From NCBI RefSeq assembly GCF_006345805.1, contig NC_043001.1, forward strand, positions 45,508,001-45,572,000: a stretch of DNA of 64,000 nt. Direction: 5' to 3'. This DNA comes from Octopus sinensis. Its lineage: Eukaryota. Below, piece by piece: positions 50,001-63,390 of this stretch (positions are counted from its first letter, which is position 1; each line of letters starts with the position of its first letter). The notes beneath the pieces are model-generated. The model was not told where the DNA came from. It saw only the letters and a program-made list of their open reading frames with translations, and searched no databases. Both the position numbers and the translations under genes were made by a program.

Positions 50001-53000
50001 CAACCTGCTAAAAGTATCAGCTAAATTTCTTAAGGCACACAAGCATCCTAAACAGACAAAAAAGACAAATTGGATAATATAGTTCCAGATAAACAAAGGA
50101 AAATAACACAACACAATTGAAATAGCTTTGATAATATGTTTACTCAATTAAGGCTGATCTATAACTGCTATTCATGTTGCTTATCTGTAGCACCTCTCCT
50201 AATGACATTGTTCTTGCATCTCCAGACAAGCTGAAAGACCTCAGCTCTACTCATGTTCAATTCTTCAATCTATCCTATCATTTATCTTTTTACTTACTTT
50301 CCCTTCAGCTCCAAAATTCCCCCTCTTTTATTAATTTCAGCCAATAGGATGTAATCATACTGAATGTATCATAATATCTAACAGATATTTTCTATTTGAC
50401 CCTTTTACTGAGGAAATCAGATATATCCACTCAAAATTTCATTCCCCTTAACAGCGAAAAACAGTTTTATATACCAATCTATCTTTTGTTGAGGAATGTC
50501 AAGTCTGAAACTATTTTTGTTGAGGTATGTCGAGTTTATTAATGCAATGTAACTTTCAGAAAAAAACTGCTTTTTTTTTTGTACATATTTAACATCATTA
50601 CTAGAATAACCATGAAATTTAATTTCACAACATGTTAATACTACTTATTCCCTTTAAATGTCTTCAATGTATTGTGGTAGTATATGCTGTGGCAATCATA
50701 TAAGCTTAGAAAAATTATTAAACAATAAAATGAAATATTGCTTGTTATTAACCAGATAACTAACTAAAGGACAAGGTAATATCTTCAAGTATAATTTGTT
50801 ATTAGATTAATTTTTTTGCTCAGTTAAAGAAAGGGAAATTGTTCCAGAAAATAATGAAACATCAATCCTGGGACTATTACTGGTACTCATTAAATGAAAA
50901 GTTATTTCATTTGAACCCACACATTACAGTCTTTGCCACAAGTCATATAAGCTGAATAAGAAAAGGACCAGGGTATTTTTTCCTCAGAAAAAGTGGTGAC
51001 TAAAGAATAAGATAAAAAAAAAAAAATAAAAACATCACTGTGACAAAAGTAAGCAAAAAGAAATTCATTAAATTTCCAAATATAGCGTTTGGAAAAAAAA
51101 TTAATTGACTAAAAATAAAAAAAGACAATTACAAAAAAAAAGATGAATGCAAGTCCATTTGGTGCTAAGCTTTCATGATAAAGAGTAACTCTATAACACT
51201 ATAATTATAATGACATATTCTATATGTGAGCAACACTTAGATAAGAAAGGATATACATATCAAAATATATGGCTCACAGTCTTCTTACAGAGTGTGTTGG
51301 CCTTGGACTAGAGAATAGTAATGTTAGTATATTGAATGTAATAAAAAGATCACATCTAAATTCTGTTGAGTTTAAATACTGTCAGAACATATACATCAAA
51401 TTAGCTTTTACTTGGGAGGTAAACAGATTTAAACAGTGAAAGAGAGAGAGAAGAAAAGGCTTAAGAGAGAAATAAAGTGGATGAGTGAGAAAGCTAGAGA
51501 CAGAGAAGGTAAAAGAGGGAGAGAGTAAGCAGAGAGAAATAGTGGTATGTGGTAGGAAAAGAGAGCAAGTGGGAGAGGAAGTGAGCAAGATAGGAGAGAA
51601 AGGGAGCTTGCAGGAGAGTGAGAAAGGAGTCATTTTCTCTTGTAGAGTGCCAAACAAATATGACAAGTGTGTCATAATACATAAAAATAATAAATATCAA
51701 ATGCTTGACAAAAGTAAACATATGACAGAATTAATGCACAACCATTTCCAGTTTTTGAATAGGTATTAAGGTGATAGAGCCTCTAATCTGAGAGAGTAAT
51801 CTAAACTTTAGTTAAATATATTAGTTTAGGAAACAGTCAAATGCTAAGTGTGTTAATCTCACCTGCAAGAAATAACACATAAATCTCTCTTCCTCAGAAT
51901 AGCAAAATCTTTTACAACAAGCAGCTTTGAATGAAAACCTTATAATATATCCATTTTTAGATATCAGCATGTACACTCTTTAAGTATAGACAGAAAGGCA
52001 ACAGTGAGCATGCTGACTGTATGATGAATTTAACTAGAACTAAAAGGCCCAACATATATCAGTATACCTAGTGTGCTAATAGTTAAGTTTCTCTTTCAAA
52101 ATGAACTAGCTACTTGAATGCTTGATCAAATAGAACTATCCAGGAACATACTTGAAAGTAATTTCAGAAATATAGTTGTAATAATTTCATCCTAATCTGG
52201 TATAAGATATACTATTTGTGGGTTCATAAACTATGGGATCATGAAAGCATCATGGAAGATTTCTTCGTTTTATGACATGTACATGTAAGAGTAAATTAAC
52301 CAGGAGGAATAAATTCCTATGTAAGCTATAATCAAAGGATGAGTTCAGTCCTGTACAAAATATGAAAGCACATTTACTATTAAGTACTGCTGTTTTTTAT
52401 AGCAGTTATTCACTTTGAATACCAATTTAAAGTAAGGTCAACTAAATATCTAAAATTCTGGCTGTGTGGTAAGAAGTATGCTTCCCAACCACATGGTTCC
52501 AGGTTCAGTCCAAGTGTGGGGCACCTGGAGCAAGTGTCTGCTACCATAGCTCCAACAAACCTTATCATCATCCAGACCTATGAACAAATGAAGGAACCTA
52601 TATAAAGGTGCTTAATCTGTTACAAAGAGCAGTTAAATCTTCCTCACATTGTTATACTCAATGACCCTAAAGGACATATTGGATAAGTTAGTCTTAGATA
52701 CTACTAAAAAGAATGATCATGATTAGAATGCTTCTGACCACGTTTATGTGATCAAGGTTAAGGTGAGACTGGAAAACAATAACATCCTGGCCTTGAATTT
52801 TAGTTCTAACTTTTACATTTCATTACAATCATAAATACTTGAGGAAAACTTGGAAAAGCAACACTCATTTCCTATCCTTATAAAATTTACAGAGTGGTGG
52901 TAATGGCAACCTACTCCAGCACTCTCTGTATAGTGTATAATGTATTGGACTACTTGCTGAGATGTCATGAGTTGAAATACACTATAAGTGTTTTGTTGTT

Positions 53001-56000
53001 TTGCTAGACAGAACTCTATTCCATAGTACCTCTGTTCACCAATTAGTTATCGGGAATAGGCATTAGATCATTTACCTGTGACAGAGTAGTATTCTAGCCA
53101 AGAGAAGATTAATCGTTCATCCACTTTACACTATAACACTGGAGCTAAATAACAGAAACTACAAACTCCTTGAAAGATATTTACATTCACCCAAGAACTA
53201 TTGCATTAGAAGCATATGTCTATTGAAAATAAAGTGCTAAGTGTTTATATATATATATGCACATATATGCAAGCATACACTGTAAATGCAACATACATGT
53301 AGACACATATATAAACACTAAATTATTTGTGGGCATGAATTATGTTCTTCAATCTAATATACCAGTCTCCAATGGATGCAGTGTGTATATATGGTTTCAT
53401 AATGTAGATAACTTCTGAAAATAGACTGATGATAATGATGATATATAGAATTATAGCCCATTAGTAGTACACAGTAGAAAATAATTTTCTCTCTTGATAC
53501 ATATTTTTTTAATGTTGGCAGCATATCTTATATATAAACATTTACACAACATAAAACCATATATATATATAGAAACATAAAATATTATGTGTGCTTATGA
53601 ATAGTAAATATTTATAAATACACATGTATGCATACAAAATATGGCCATATTTATTTATAAACATATAGATATATATATATATATACAAGGTAGCACAGGC
53701 ACATTCACATAGACACACATATATTCATAGATAAAACACATACAATAGCCCACTGTGTATGTGTGTATACACACAGTTTACATGCACATACAAACTTACA
53801 CACAGAGTATACATGGACATACATATATACATATACATACGCAACCATAGAAATTTTATTTGCTCTGGAATGAACGCATGAACAAAAGATATTTTCCATC
53901 ATAATAATGGTGAGATATTCTGTGAATGGTGAATAAACAGAAGGTCTGTAACAAGATGCCTAGAAACAAAAGGTAGGCTCAGGAAACAAGTTAGGTAAAG
54001 AGTACATGTGCAATGAATGTGATAAAGTCAGGCACAGCATTAGCGAAACAAGATGTTAAAAAAAAAAAGAAAGAATAGAAAGGAAGAAAATGTTTTGATA
54101 TGTACGAACAAAGGAATTACAAAGTTTGTTGTCTTAAGAGAAATGGATAGGATTTAGGTGACATGTTTAACAGGAGAGAATATGAGTGGTATAAAAAAGA
54201 TGTAAATTACTGAAAAGGAAAGAAATTTCTAAACAGTGTACATGTGTGATGGAGACATAGCCATGCAATTAGGTTCACATAGCAATCACATGGATTACAA
54301 GATTGATCCTGTCATGGCACATTTGACAAGTCTCTTCTATCACAGGTTTGCGTCAATCTAAGCCTCATAATTTGACAGCAAATTCATACATAATTCAAAA
54401 GACTCAGCCTTGCTACATGGAGTCTACCTGGAGATCATGTTACAAGTATCTATGTAATATTCAGCTATTGATACGATTCAGTGAACAAGCAGTTCCATTG
54501 ACTGAATGAACACTCACCAAAGTACAGGTTCCATCATATATATGTTACATACTACCCCGGGTTTTTCATTGTGATCATATATGTTGCATACCTGTCTTGA
54601 GTTTTTCATTGTAGGTGGACTTGAAATGAAAATCTTCACTTGAAGAGTATTCCCAAAAAGAAACTCACAATATTGTGTGTGTGTGTGTGTGTGTGTGTAA
54701 TAATGACTATCTTAAATTGAAATATACCATACTTGATGGCATAAAAGATGTATGGGCCTATTAAGTCACCCCAATTTCAACAGCAGATATTCATGTAAAA
54801 AACGGTTTGGGGATCCTAATGTAAGTAATACAGGGTAACTTTTTGAAAATTTTAAGGAAAATAGTGCATTTTATATGCCATCAAATATAGAGAATACATT
54901 GGTGCCTTACTGAAGTATAAGCACATTACTACTTCACTTCTTTTCTGGTAGTGAGTAATCTGTTATAAGTAGAAACCATATACAGTTATATCTGCTGCTA
55001 CATACATTCTTACACAATATGTCAGTCATATTTTTAAGAATATAAATATAAAAGTGCTCAACATCTGTTTGCTGAGAAGTGTGTAGAGTCTATTGCATGA
55101 GAAGGCAAATATAATTAAATGTATGACAAGCTTTCTGATCAAATATTTGCAATCTTCAGTAAGATGGAAAGATAAGAACTGATGCATAAATTGTTTTTCA
55201 AGATCTGAAACCTTCTATACAATAAAAAATAAATACAAATTATTTCACGAGGTCAAAATTGTTAATATGCAGTTTGAACTCTTATAAGTTGATGACAGGG
55301 GAGAGAAGGACAAAAAGGGAAGAGGAGATATATTCTTGTAGAAGACAGTTTGGAAAAACTATTTTGCATAATGGAGTAAGACAGTAATGGTGACAAGAGC
55401 AACAAGTGCAATAAGTAGATTATATAAATAATGGTAATACAGAGGTGACCAGTTTTGCAGTGCAGAGATTGCAATAATAGAGATAAAAAGAGTCAAAAAA
55501 AAGGGAAGTGCAGTGGTGGGTTGATAACTGCAGAATATAGAGACATTTTTAATATGAAAAGTCTATAAAAGTAATGTCTTAAAATCACACTAAGTCCAAA
55601 ATGAATGGCAGTGCATGAGTAGATTGTGGTATTCATGCATTTGATGTGGACATTGTAAAGCCAAATGAAAGTTTATTGGCTGAGAATTGAAATTAGGTCA
55701 GCTGCAGACACAGTCTGGTCTGATGCAAACCGATTACATTACAATACCACCTATGAAGTGGTATCTACATGCTAGAAGCAGCAATTAAATATCCTTAAAT
55801 GACACACAATCATCTTTAAAATGAAAGCATTGGATAATGTATTTCAGAGTACATATGACAGAATGGTCATGGCTAAGATACCTTTACCAAGAGGTGTTCC
55901 CAATCAGGTATGACCTACAACAAAACAACAATAACTCAGAATATTCAGATCAGTAAAGTATATGATCCATGAGTCTGACAAAACTAATAAGGCAAAATGT

Positions 56001-57440
56001 CACCTTATTTATGAGACACTCTGTTCTAAAAGTACATCTGATAATTTAATACTCACATGACAATTTTCTTTATATCATTAATTTGCGATGAGAAGTTCAG
56101 TTCTCATTGTTACGAGGGATTTCAATTTTTCACCCCCTTTTTAATTATGCATAGTTTCTATGCTGGTATGTTGGAACTAATTTTCTCACTTTTGAAGGTT
56201 TTCATATTTTTGGAACAAGTGTTCTCGTATGGTGAAATATGAGTGAACCCTGTTGTAAGTTAAGGAGTAGACAGAGTTATTTATTTTCTCCAAGGATACA
56301 GCATAATGATTGTCACAGTTTTTTGAACTCATGTCTGTGTGGTCTATATATGCAACACTGCAACCACTGTACTACTTTTTATGATAGTTGTTAAATTTTA
56401 GAGAGGACTGACTTCCTCTCACCTACTTCCCATGAAAGCAAATTAGATGGGCAGGTATAGGAAGGTGTATACATACACACAAATCTATAGCATGAAAGAC
56501 TAGTCAAGAAGAGTTCATCTCTGATGCACAATATATAGAAAACATTTATCATACATAAATATTTATAACACAAGTGCACATACTGTGCTCTTCATCCAAA
56601 CATAGCCTTGCAAACCTGACATAATTTAATTACTTTAAGTTTCCATCAAGTTTTTGTCTGAGTTTACAAACTTTTCTTGCTAGCATGGGTTAGACAAATG
56701 TTACTAGCAAATTGTTTTACAATTGGATGCCTTTCCTGAGACTAACCCTCACCTGTTTTCCAAGTAAGGAATTGCTTATGCTACATGGCTTTCAAGGCAC
56801 AAAGCAAGTGGAAGCATTATTGATAGAAGTGACAACACCACCACTCTAATATCCTAACTTATGAATAAGCAAGTGCAGATGTGTACACACATGCACACAC
56901 ACACACACATGCACAAACACACACGCACATACACACGTACAAATACACACACACACACACTCATTTGGGCAGGCTTCTTTTCAGTTTCTGTCTACGAAAT
57001 CCACAAACAAAGTTTTGATTGACCTAGGGCTCTAGCAGAAGACACTTGCCCAAGGTGCCACTCAGCTGGACTGAACCTCAAACTTGTTAACCATACAGTT
57101 ATGCCTATAGCTATTTTATATTAATTACAAAAACTGTAAACAACTTTTAAATACATCTACAAGAACTTCAAGTCTTAAAATTCAAATGTTTGTGTTTGCC
57201 TTCAATATACATCAGCTATTTGTTTTGCCTGCAACTGTCTGACATCAAGTTCTACATGAACAAACATACCAAAAGGTCATGAAATATGTTATTGCTGCTA
57301 TAAAACCTAATCTGTTGCATACATCCCATTCCTGTCTATTGAAGGTAGTATTCATCATTTAAATCAATATAGTATCTACAATTTTCCTGTATAATATTCT
57401 ATAATTCTTTTGAGGATTGTTATTTTCTCACAACTTCCAA

Positions 57441-58012
57441 TATTTGTCAACCTGAGCCTTTGCTAATAGATATGGCCCAGTTTTACATGTGGGATTGAAC
57501 CCAGAACCATGTGGTTGAGGAGTGAACCTTTTGACCATACAGCCATGCCTGAGCTTGTCACAAGTATATTTTTACACACACACACACAAATTATACATAT
57601 GCATATATAACATTTGCTTACTGGACTAAAACCATGCTGAGATACAATGTCAAAAGGTTTGGTATATCATATCAACTCTAATACATCTAGTGATCCCTAG
57701 TTACCAAAATTGTAAATTATGAGACATAAAAAGACAAACCATAAGTATACACATAGACATATACATAAACACATAGATAGATACACATATATATACTTAG
57801 ACATACCAAGATACCAAGTATACTTATAATGGACATGAGAAGAAAGTTCAACATCCAGGTATTGGGTCTTATCCAACAGTTATTAGCTTTTGTGACAAGC
57901 TCAGGCTTGGCTGTATGGTCAAAAGGTTCACTCCTCAACCACATGGTTCTGGGTTCAATCCCACATGTAAAACTGGGCCATATCTTTTAGCAAAGGCTCA
58001 GGTTGACAAATA
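57441..58012. repeat. 123-bp inverted duplication (SINE head + flank) with 326-bp spacer
   Basis: 57441-57563 versus the reverse complement of 57890-58012: 121/123 identical. Confidence 0.97.
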
Positions 58013-59451
58013 ACTTGCAAGTGAAATTGAATGGAAACTGTAGAAGAGCATCACACACATGTGTATGGTTATTTTCCACCATATGTATATGTCGCACTGA
58101 TGTATATTAGTGAGAAGTATAATCTATCAGAAAACTGATAAACTAGTGCATACAAACAAAAATCTCTCATCAGTTTATCCTAATTATGACAACTGACAGT
58201 CACAATCTAAGTGAACAAAGACCTCACTTTTCTTTTGGTCGAAAGTATTCTTACTGCCCTAGATAATATTGTTTTTGGTTTTTTTCTTTTAATACTATAA
58301 CTGCAGGGGTGAAAATTAGCTACAATACAAAATCGTGTTTGTTACATAAAAAGCAAATAGTATCCAGCATAAAAGAAATGAAACACTCCAGTATCATGTG
58401 ACATTAATAGGTTTATTACTACAATTGAAATATATCAAAATAGATATTTAAAAATGGAAAGTTTTTGTGAGCAATATAGATATATAAATTCACTTTATTG
58501 TTCAGTTTCATAATACACAGAAACATAACGGTAGTTAAGCAAAACATAACGTATTTACTTTGAACACTGTAAACACTTGCATCCAGATGTGGTCAGATGT
58601 GAGGATACTAGGTCTCATAGATAGAATGATAGAAGATCAAGATGAGTGGTGATAGGCTCTATGGTAAACCTGCACAACCCATGCCATAATGTAAAAATCA
58701 TCATGAAGATAATAATGATGATCTACCAATGCCATGTTCCCAGAAATAGGACTATCACAAGATACATAGACAATGAAAAGCAAAAAATACTTGAGAAGAA
58801 ACAATCAGAAGCAGTGATGAATTAAGTAGAAGAGATGCTTTTGTTGTCATTTAGCCCCAGAGCAGGTTTGACCTATAAGCAAAGGCATTTTGAGTTTAAT
58901 TTTGCTCATGGAAAGGTGTTCTCAATATAGAGTTATCTTAATCATAAGTCAGCAGTGTGTTTGTCATTTGAAAAGTTGGATATGTAATAGTACAACAAAA
59001 CATCATTAAAAAGAAAGCCATCAGAGAGAGAGATCATAGTCACAAGACAGCCTTGAGAAGAAAAGTATGGAAGCTGAAAGATCCTTCAGGCAAAGATAGG
59101 TTCAAAATAGTAGATGATATGAAGGAGAATATAACTGGGAGTTTCTACAAAATAACCTGCTGTGAACCACAGACAAGATCAGCAGATGGAGCAAAGCTCC
59201 AGACAGACAGAAACAGCCATTGTAATTGAATAATACAGTATGTAGAACCATCAAATGCAAGAGACAAAGACGGAAAGAGTGAGAAAAAGTAGAGAGCAGT
59301 AACAATATTAGGTAACTGGAAAAGAAATTAGACATCAGGTACACTTAGCAAGGAGAAAACATCAAAGTAAGAAACAGTAAGATATCTTGTGAATATCAAA
59401 GACATATTCCAGATTGCAAAGCAGTATATCAATATGAATCAGGATGTTGTT

Positions 59452-59830
59452 GCATAGCTGTGTGGTAAGAAGTTTGTTTCCCAACCATATGGTTTTGGGT
59501 TCAGTCCTACTGAATGGCACTTTGGGGAAGTATCTTCTATTACAGCCTCGAGCCAACCAAGGTCTTGTGAGTGGATTTGGTAAATGGAAACTGAAAAGAA
59601 ATCTGTTGTATATGAATGCGAATGTCTGTATTTGTCACCCACCAACGCATGACAACCAGTGTTGGTGTGTTCATGTCCCCATATCTTAGCAGTTAGGAAA
59701 AAGAGACCAATAGAAAAAGTACCAGGATTTAAAACAACTAAGTTCTGGGATAGATTCTTTTGACTAAAAATTCTTCAAAGTGGTGCTCCAACATGGTCAC
59801 AATCTAATGACTGAAACAACAGAAAAAAAA
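59452..59830 (+). mobile_element. Full-length diverged tRNA-derived SINE, family of 37497
   Basis: gctgtgtggtaagaag...gggttcagtcc...gtgagtggatttggtaaatggaaactgaa...aatgactgaaacaa. Confidence 0.9.
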
Positions 59831-60029
59831 TAGCAGTATATTCACCCTCTCTAAAGCCAAGAAGACTGGGGTATAAAAATGTTACAAAGGTTACTGAGTA
59901 CAAGATGGGTCATCAAGGACATGAAAAATATTTAGCAAAGTAGGATATTTATTAGTGATGTGCATGATCAATCATGTAGTAGAGCAGCTATATTATCCTC
60001 AACTACTACAGGAACAAAGGTAATGTTCT

Positions 60030-62180
60030 AGAAAGGAGCTATGAGGGAAATATCAAACTTATGGACCATATTATGAAAATAATGGAGAGAGTTGTAACAT
60101 AGCTTAGCAAGAGAATTAATGTAGATGAGATGCAATTCAGATTTGTGCTAGAACAGGAAACACCAATGTCATCTTAGACAACTACAGGAGCAGCTTTCAG
60201 CTAAAAGCAAATCACTACCTAAAAGTTGTTCACCTAGTGAAGGCTTTTGACAGGGTTCCATTCTGTGATCTGATGGTCACTAAGAAACTAGATGTACATG
60301 AATGGTTCATAATAGCTGTGCAAGCTATGTATAGCAGTGGTTTCAGTAGATGAAAACTAGTAATGAAATCAGCTAGGAATTTACTGTACATGTAGGTGTC
60401 TACCAGGGTTTGGTTCTTAACTCTTTCCTGTTTATCATAGTTCTCTAGACCATAATAAGCTGACTATTGGTTAAGTTCTCATGGCCAAATCACTCAAAGA
60501 GAGAGAGTTCCAAACATGGAAGTAGAGCCTAGAATCAAGAGTTATAAAAGTAAACCTTAACAAAGACAAAAAGTTTTAGTGAACTGGAAAGAACACGAGA
60601 CTACTGCCAACAAGTAAGTGGCCATTCATGCTAAATATGCAGAAAAGATCTAGATAAACTATGATATACAAGAGATACAATGGGTTCAGACAAACTAACA
60701 AAGAACTTTGCATACAGCAGATGCATAGAAGTAGTTATAAGTAAGAGCACTCCTGAGCTGAACTGTTTCAAATGCCCAGAGTGTTTGGGCTAAATTTGGT
60801 GAGTTTTCTGTATCCATTTTTCAGGAACAGCTTGACTCACTGGAAAACAATCAACAGTGTTGGAGAACATAAAGATTAAAATTGTAGTTGAGAAAAAGTT
60901 AGCTGACATCTGAATATCGGAAAAGAGTTACCTGGATTATGATGATTCACACCAGGTATCAAAATGCTGACATCATGATTACTGCTTAATGCCCTGTGAA
61001 CACCATAAAGTTGTAAGGACATGACATGGACAACTGCAATGGAGACAATGAAATTGTAGCCAGCAGAAAGGGACACAGCAGGCATTCTGACTGCATCTAC
61101 ACTCTAGAATTCATTTCCACATCTTTGAACAGGGATTCAGGCTCAATTCAGACAGTTATGTGAAACTGTTGGAGACTGTGGTTGAACCCTGGCTGGAGAG
61201 GGCTGCTGCTTGTAGGCCATATGTGTGGTAGCAGGATTCAGCTTCTTGCCAGACCTCTGGAAAGAGTCAGAAGTGGTTGTTGGAGAATCTCTACAACTTC
61301 ATCAGCCCCAATTTCTGGCCTCTTTATCCCCCCAATTGTAATCCCATGAATTACTATGTGTGTGTTTGAGAAAGACATCAATTGCTCTACCTGCAACACC
61401 AAGATCAAGCTAGTGGCCAAGATCAAGGAGGTGTTTGAAGATCTTCCTAGGGATAAAATGAGGGATGCATGCACCAGGTTTTGGAACTGTTGTGGAAACA
61501 GAGTGGCTACTTTAAGTAAACTGCTACCTCCTAGTTGATATCTAGTTGATATCTTTTAATTTTTTTAAATACTTTTATTTTTGGACAGGATATAGCATTT
61601 TCTTTTTATGTAAACTGTCAAATTTAGCCTGAACACCCTGTAGTTGATATCTGTTATCTAGGTGACCTAATTAGCAGTGTAAGTAGGTGTTCTGGAAGTA
61701 TAGTAGCCAGAATAAGAACTGTAGAAAATTCTGAGACTTAGTGCTTCTAATGGTAATACGAGATTCTGTCTCTGGGTGAAGGACAGATTACAATGTGATT
61801 GTGTACAAACTGCAAAGATGATGATAGCATGATTTGGGCAGTCAACATGGAAGATTGTGTAAAGGCTGGAAATAAATAAAGTGAGCATGCCCTACCACAT
61901 GTGTAATATTAGTGTAAATGAACGACATAGTGATGGAGCAGAGTTGATCTGGAAAATCAGCTGTAGTGTGCAAGAAAGAAAACTGTACTGGTATGGTTAT
62001 ATGACTGATAACAGTTGGGTAAATAAATGCCAAGCAATCCAAATTAGAGGAACCTGTTCAAAAGAAGACAATAGACTGTAAAAAGTAGACAAGGCAAGAG
62101 AACAAGTGGTGAGGCAATATGTTGAAAAAGATCCATCCAAACCAGACACACAGAAAAACAGGCATAAAATGATGATTATG
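60030..62180 (+). mobile_element. Heavily decayed RTE LINE (RT and C-terminus) split by a mariner-type insertion
   Basis: About 60120-60450 resembles MQFGF...KAFDRVP...VGVHQGSVLSPLLFIIVL. About 61740-62060 resembles LPLLVTRGF...ERKLYWYG...WVNKC, followed by a gat-type tail. Confidence 0.7.
60777..61640 (+). mobile_element. Internally deleted Tc1/mariner-superfamily element (maT/rosa-like)
   Basis: TIRs cagagtgtttgggctaaatttg versus cagggtgttcaggctaaatttg (19/22), with TA after the right end. Transposase N-terminus (VASRKGHSRHSDCIYTLEF) is joined to FEQGFRLNSDSYVKLLETVVEPW...YVW*QDSA...FWP....CNPM.YY. Confidence 0.88.
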
Positions 62181-62559
62181 AGAATGATACATACACAAAT
62201 CTTAAAAGCATTTTTGTTGTTATTGACTTATTAACTCCAAAGTATCTTGTTAGCATAATAATATGACAAGATCATGTCATTACAAAACAATGATTATTCA
62301 TTGTGACACCACTACAAGGTGAACGCAGAAGTGAAATATTGATTGTTGAACTTTAGTTTTCATTAATATATAAAGAAAGGTTTGTGTGCATCCATGAAAA
62401 GAAGGAAGGGAAGAGGACAGAGAACAAAACAGAGATATCTTGACATTTTATAATTTTCTTACTCTAAAGAATATTGTCGTGAATTTTCTGAAAACAAGGA
62501 TTAAAATATCTATGGATAAAAAATGGGGCCCTTTTGTGTGACAACAGGAATTTTAAAAT

Positions 62560-62770
62560 CTTTTTTATCTTTTACTCATTTCAGTCACTGGACTGCAGCC
62601 GTGTTGGGGCACTGCCTTGAAGGGATTAGCCAAAAAAAATCTACTCCAGTACTTTTTTTTTTAAGCCTGGTACTTACTCTATCAATATCTTCTGCCAAAC
62701 TGCTAAGTTATGGGGATATAAACAAACCAACACCAGTTGTCAAGTAGTGGTAGGACACACACACATACAC
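62560..62770 (-). mobile_element. SINE 3' half
   Basis: ttttactcatttcagtcactggactgcagcc...ctggtacttactctatc...ctgctaagttatgggga; a similar tail lies at 4860-4910. Confidence 0.75.
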
Positions 62771-63188
62771 ACATTAATATCAATAATAATAAAGAGTATG
62801 GAGATCTGTATACCCACAAAATTTATTTTATAATTATATACAGCATATTATAATGACCTACACGTGTTTCCACTGCAGCAACTACTCACTGTTGCAAATG
62901 CAACCTTGCAATATTGTTGATGTAGCTTCATTAAGGTCCGTCCATTTGGTCTAAATTTTGTGGATGTACAAGTCTCCATACTCTTTATCATTATTAATAT
63001 TAATATATACTCCAGACAGATTTTATCATCCAGTGAAGAGTACATAGAATTGCTCATCAGAAGAATTCATGGAGTGTCTAACAACTAATTGTAGTCACAT
63101 ATGTTAAATACTGATCGTTGTGGTTAGCCAAAACTGGAACTTAACTGAAAGCTAATATGGTATCCACCTGGATAATTATCCCTCTAAA

Positions 63189-63191
<3 letters not shown>

Positions 63192-63233
<42 letters not shown>

Positions 63234-63390
63234 CGGGTTTCTTTCAGTTTCTATCTACCAAACTCAGTCACGAGACTTCGGTCAGCCTAAAGCTATAGCA
63301 GAAAACTGGTGCCCAAGGTGCTATGCAATGGGACTAAACCTGATACTACGTGGCAGAGAAGTCAACTTCTTACCACACTGCCATGTCTGC
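63192..63390 (-). mobile_element. (TA)n run followed by a SINE 5' half
   Basis: tttctttcagtttctatctaccaaac...cccaaggtgc...gggactaaacc...cttctaccacactgcc-like head; reverse complement of the 37497 family head. Confidence 0.85.

Noticed and set aside
49938-50047. Strong minus-strand acceptor then GCLCALRNLADTFSRL
   Set aside because: No convincing donor and no partner exon; kept only as a weak possibility.
54620-54670. ttgaagag...gaaac hammerhead-like spacing
   Set aside because: The core is incomplete and stems I-III cannot be formed.
60931-61032. Well-bounded 102-nt minus-strand exon candidate
   Set aside because: It is the antisense strand of the mariner-type transposase N-terminus between the TIRs; exonisation cannot be supported without transcripts.
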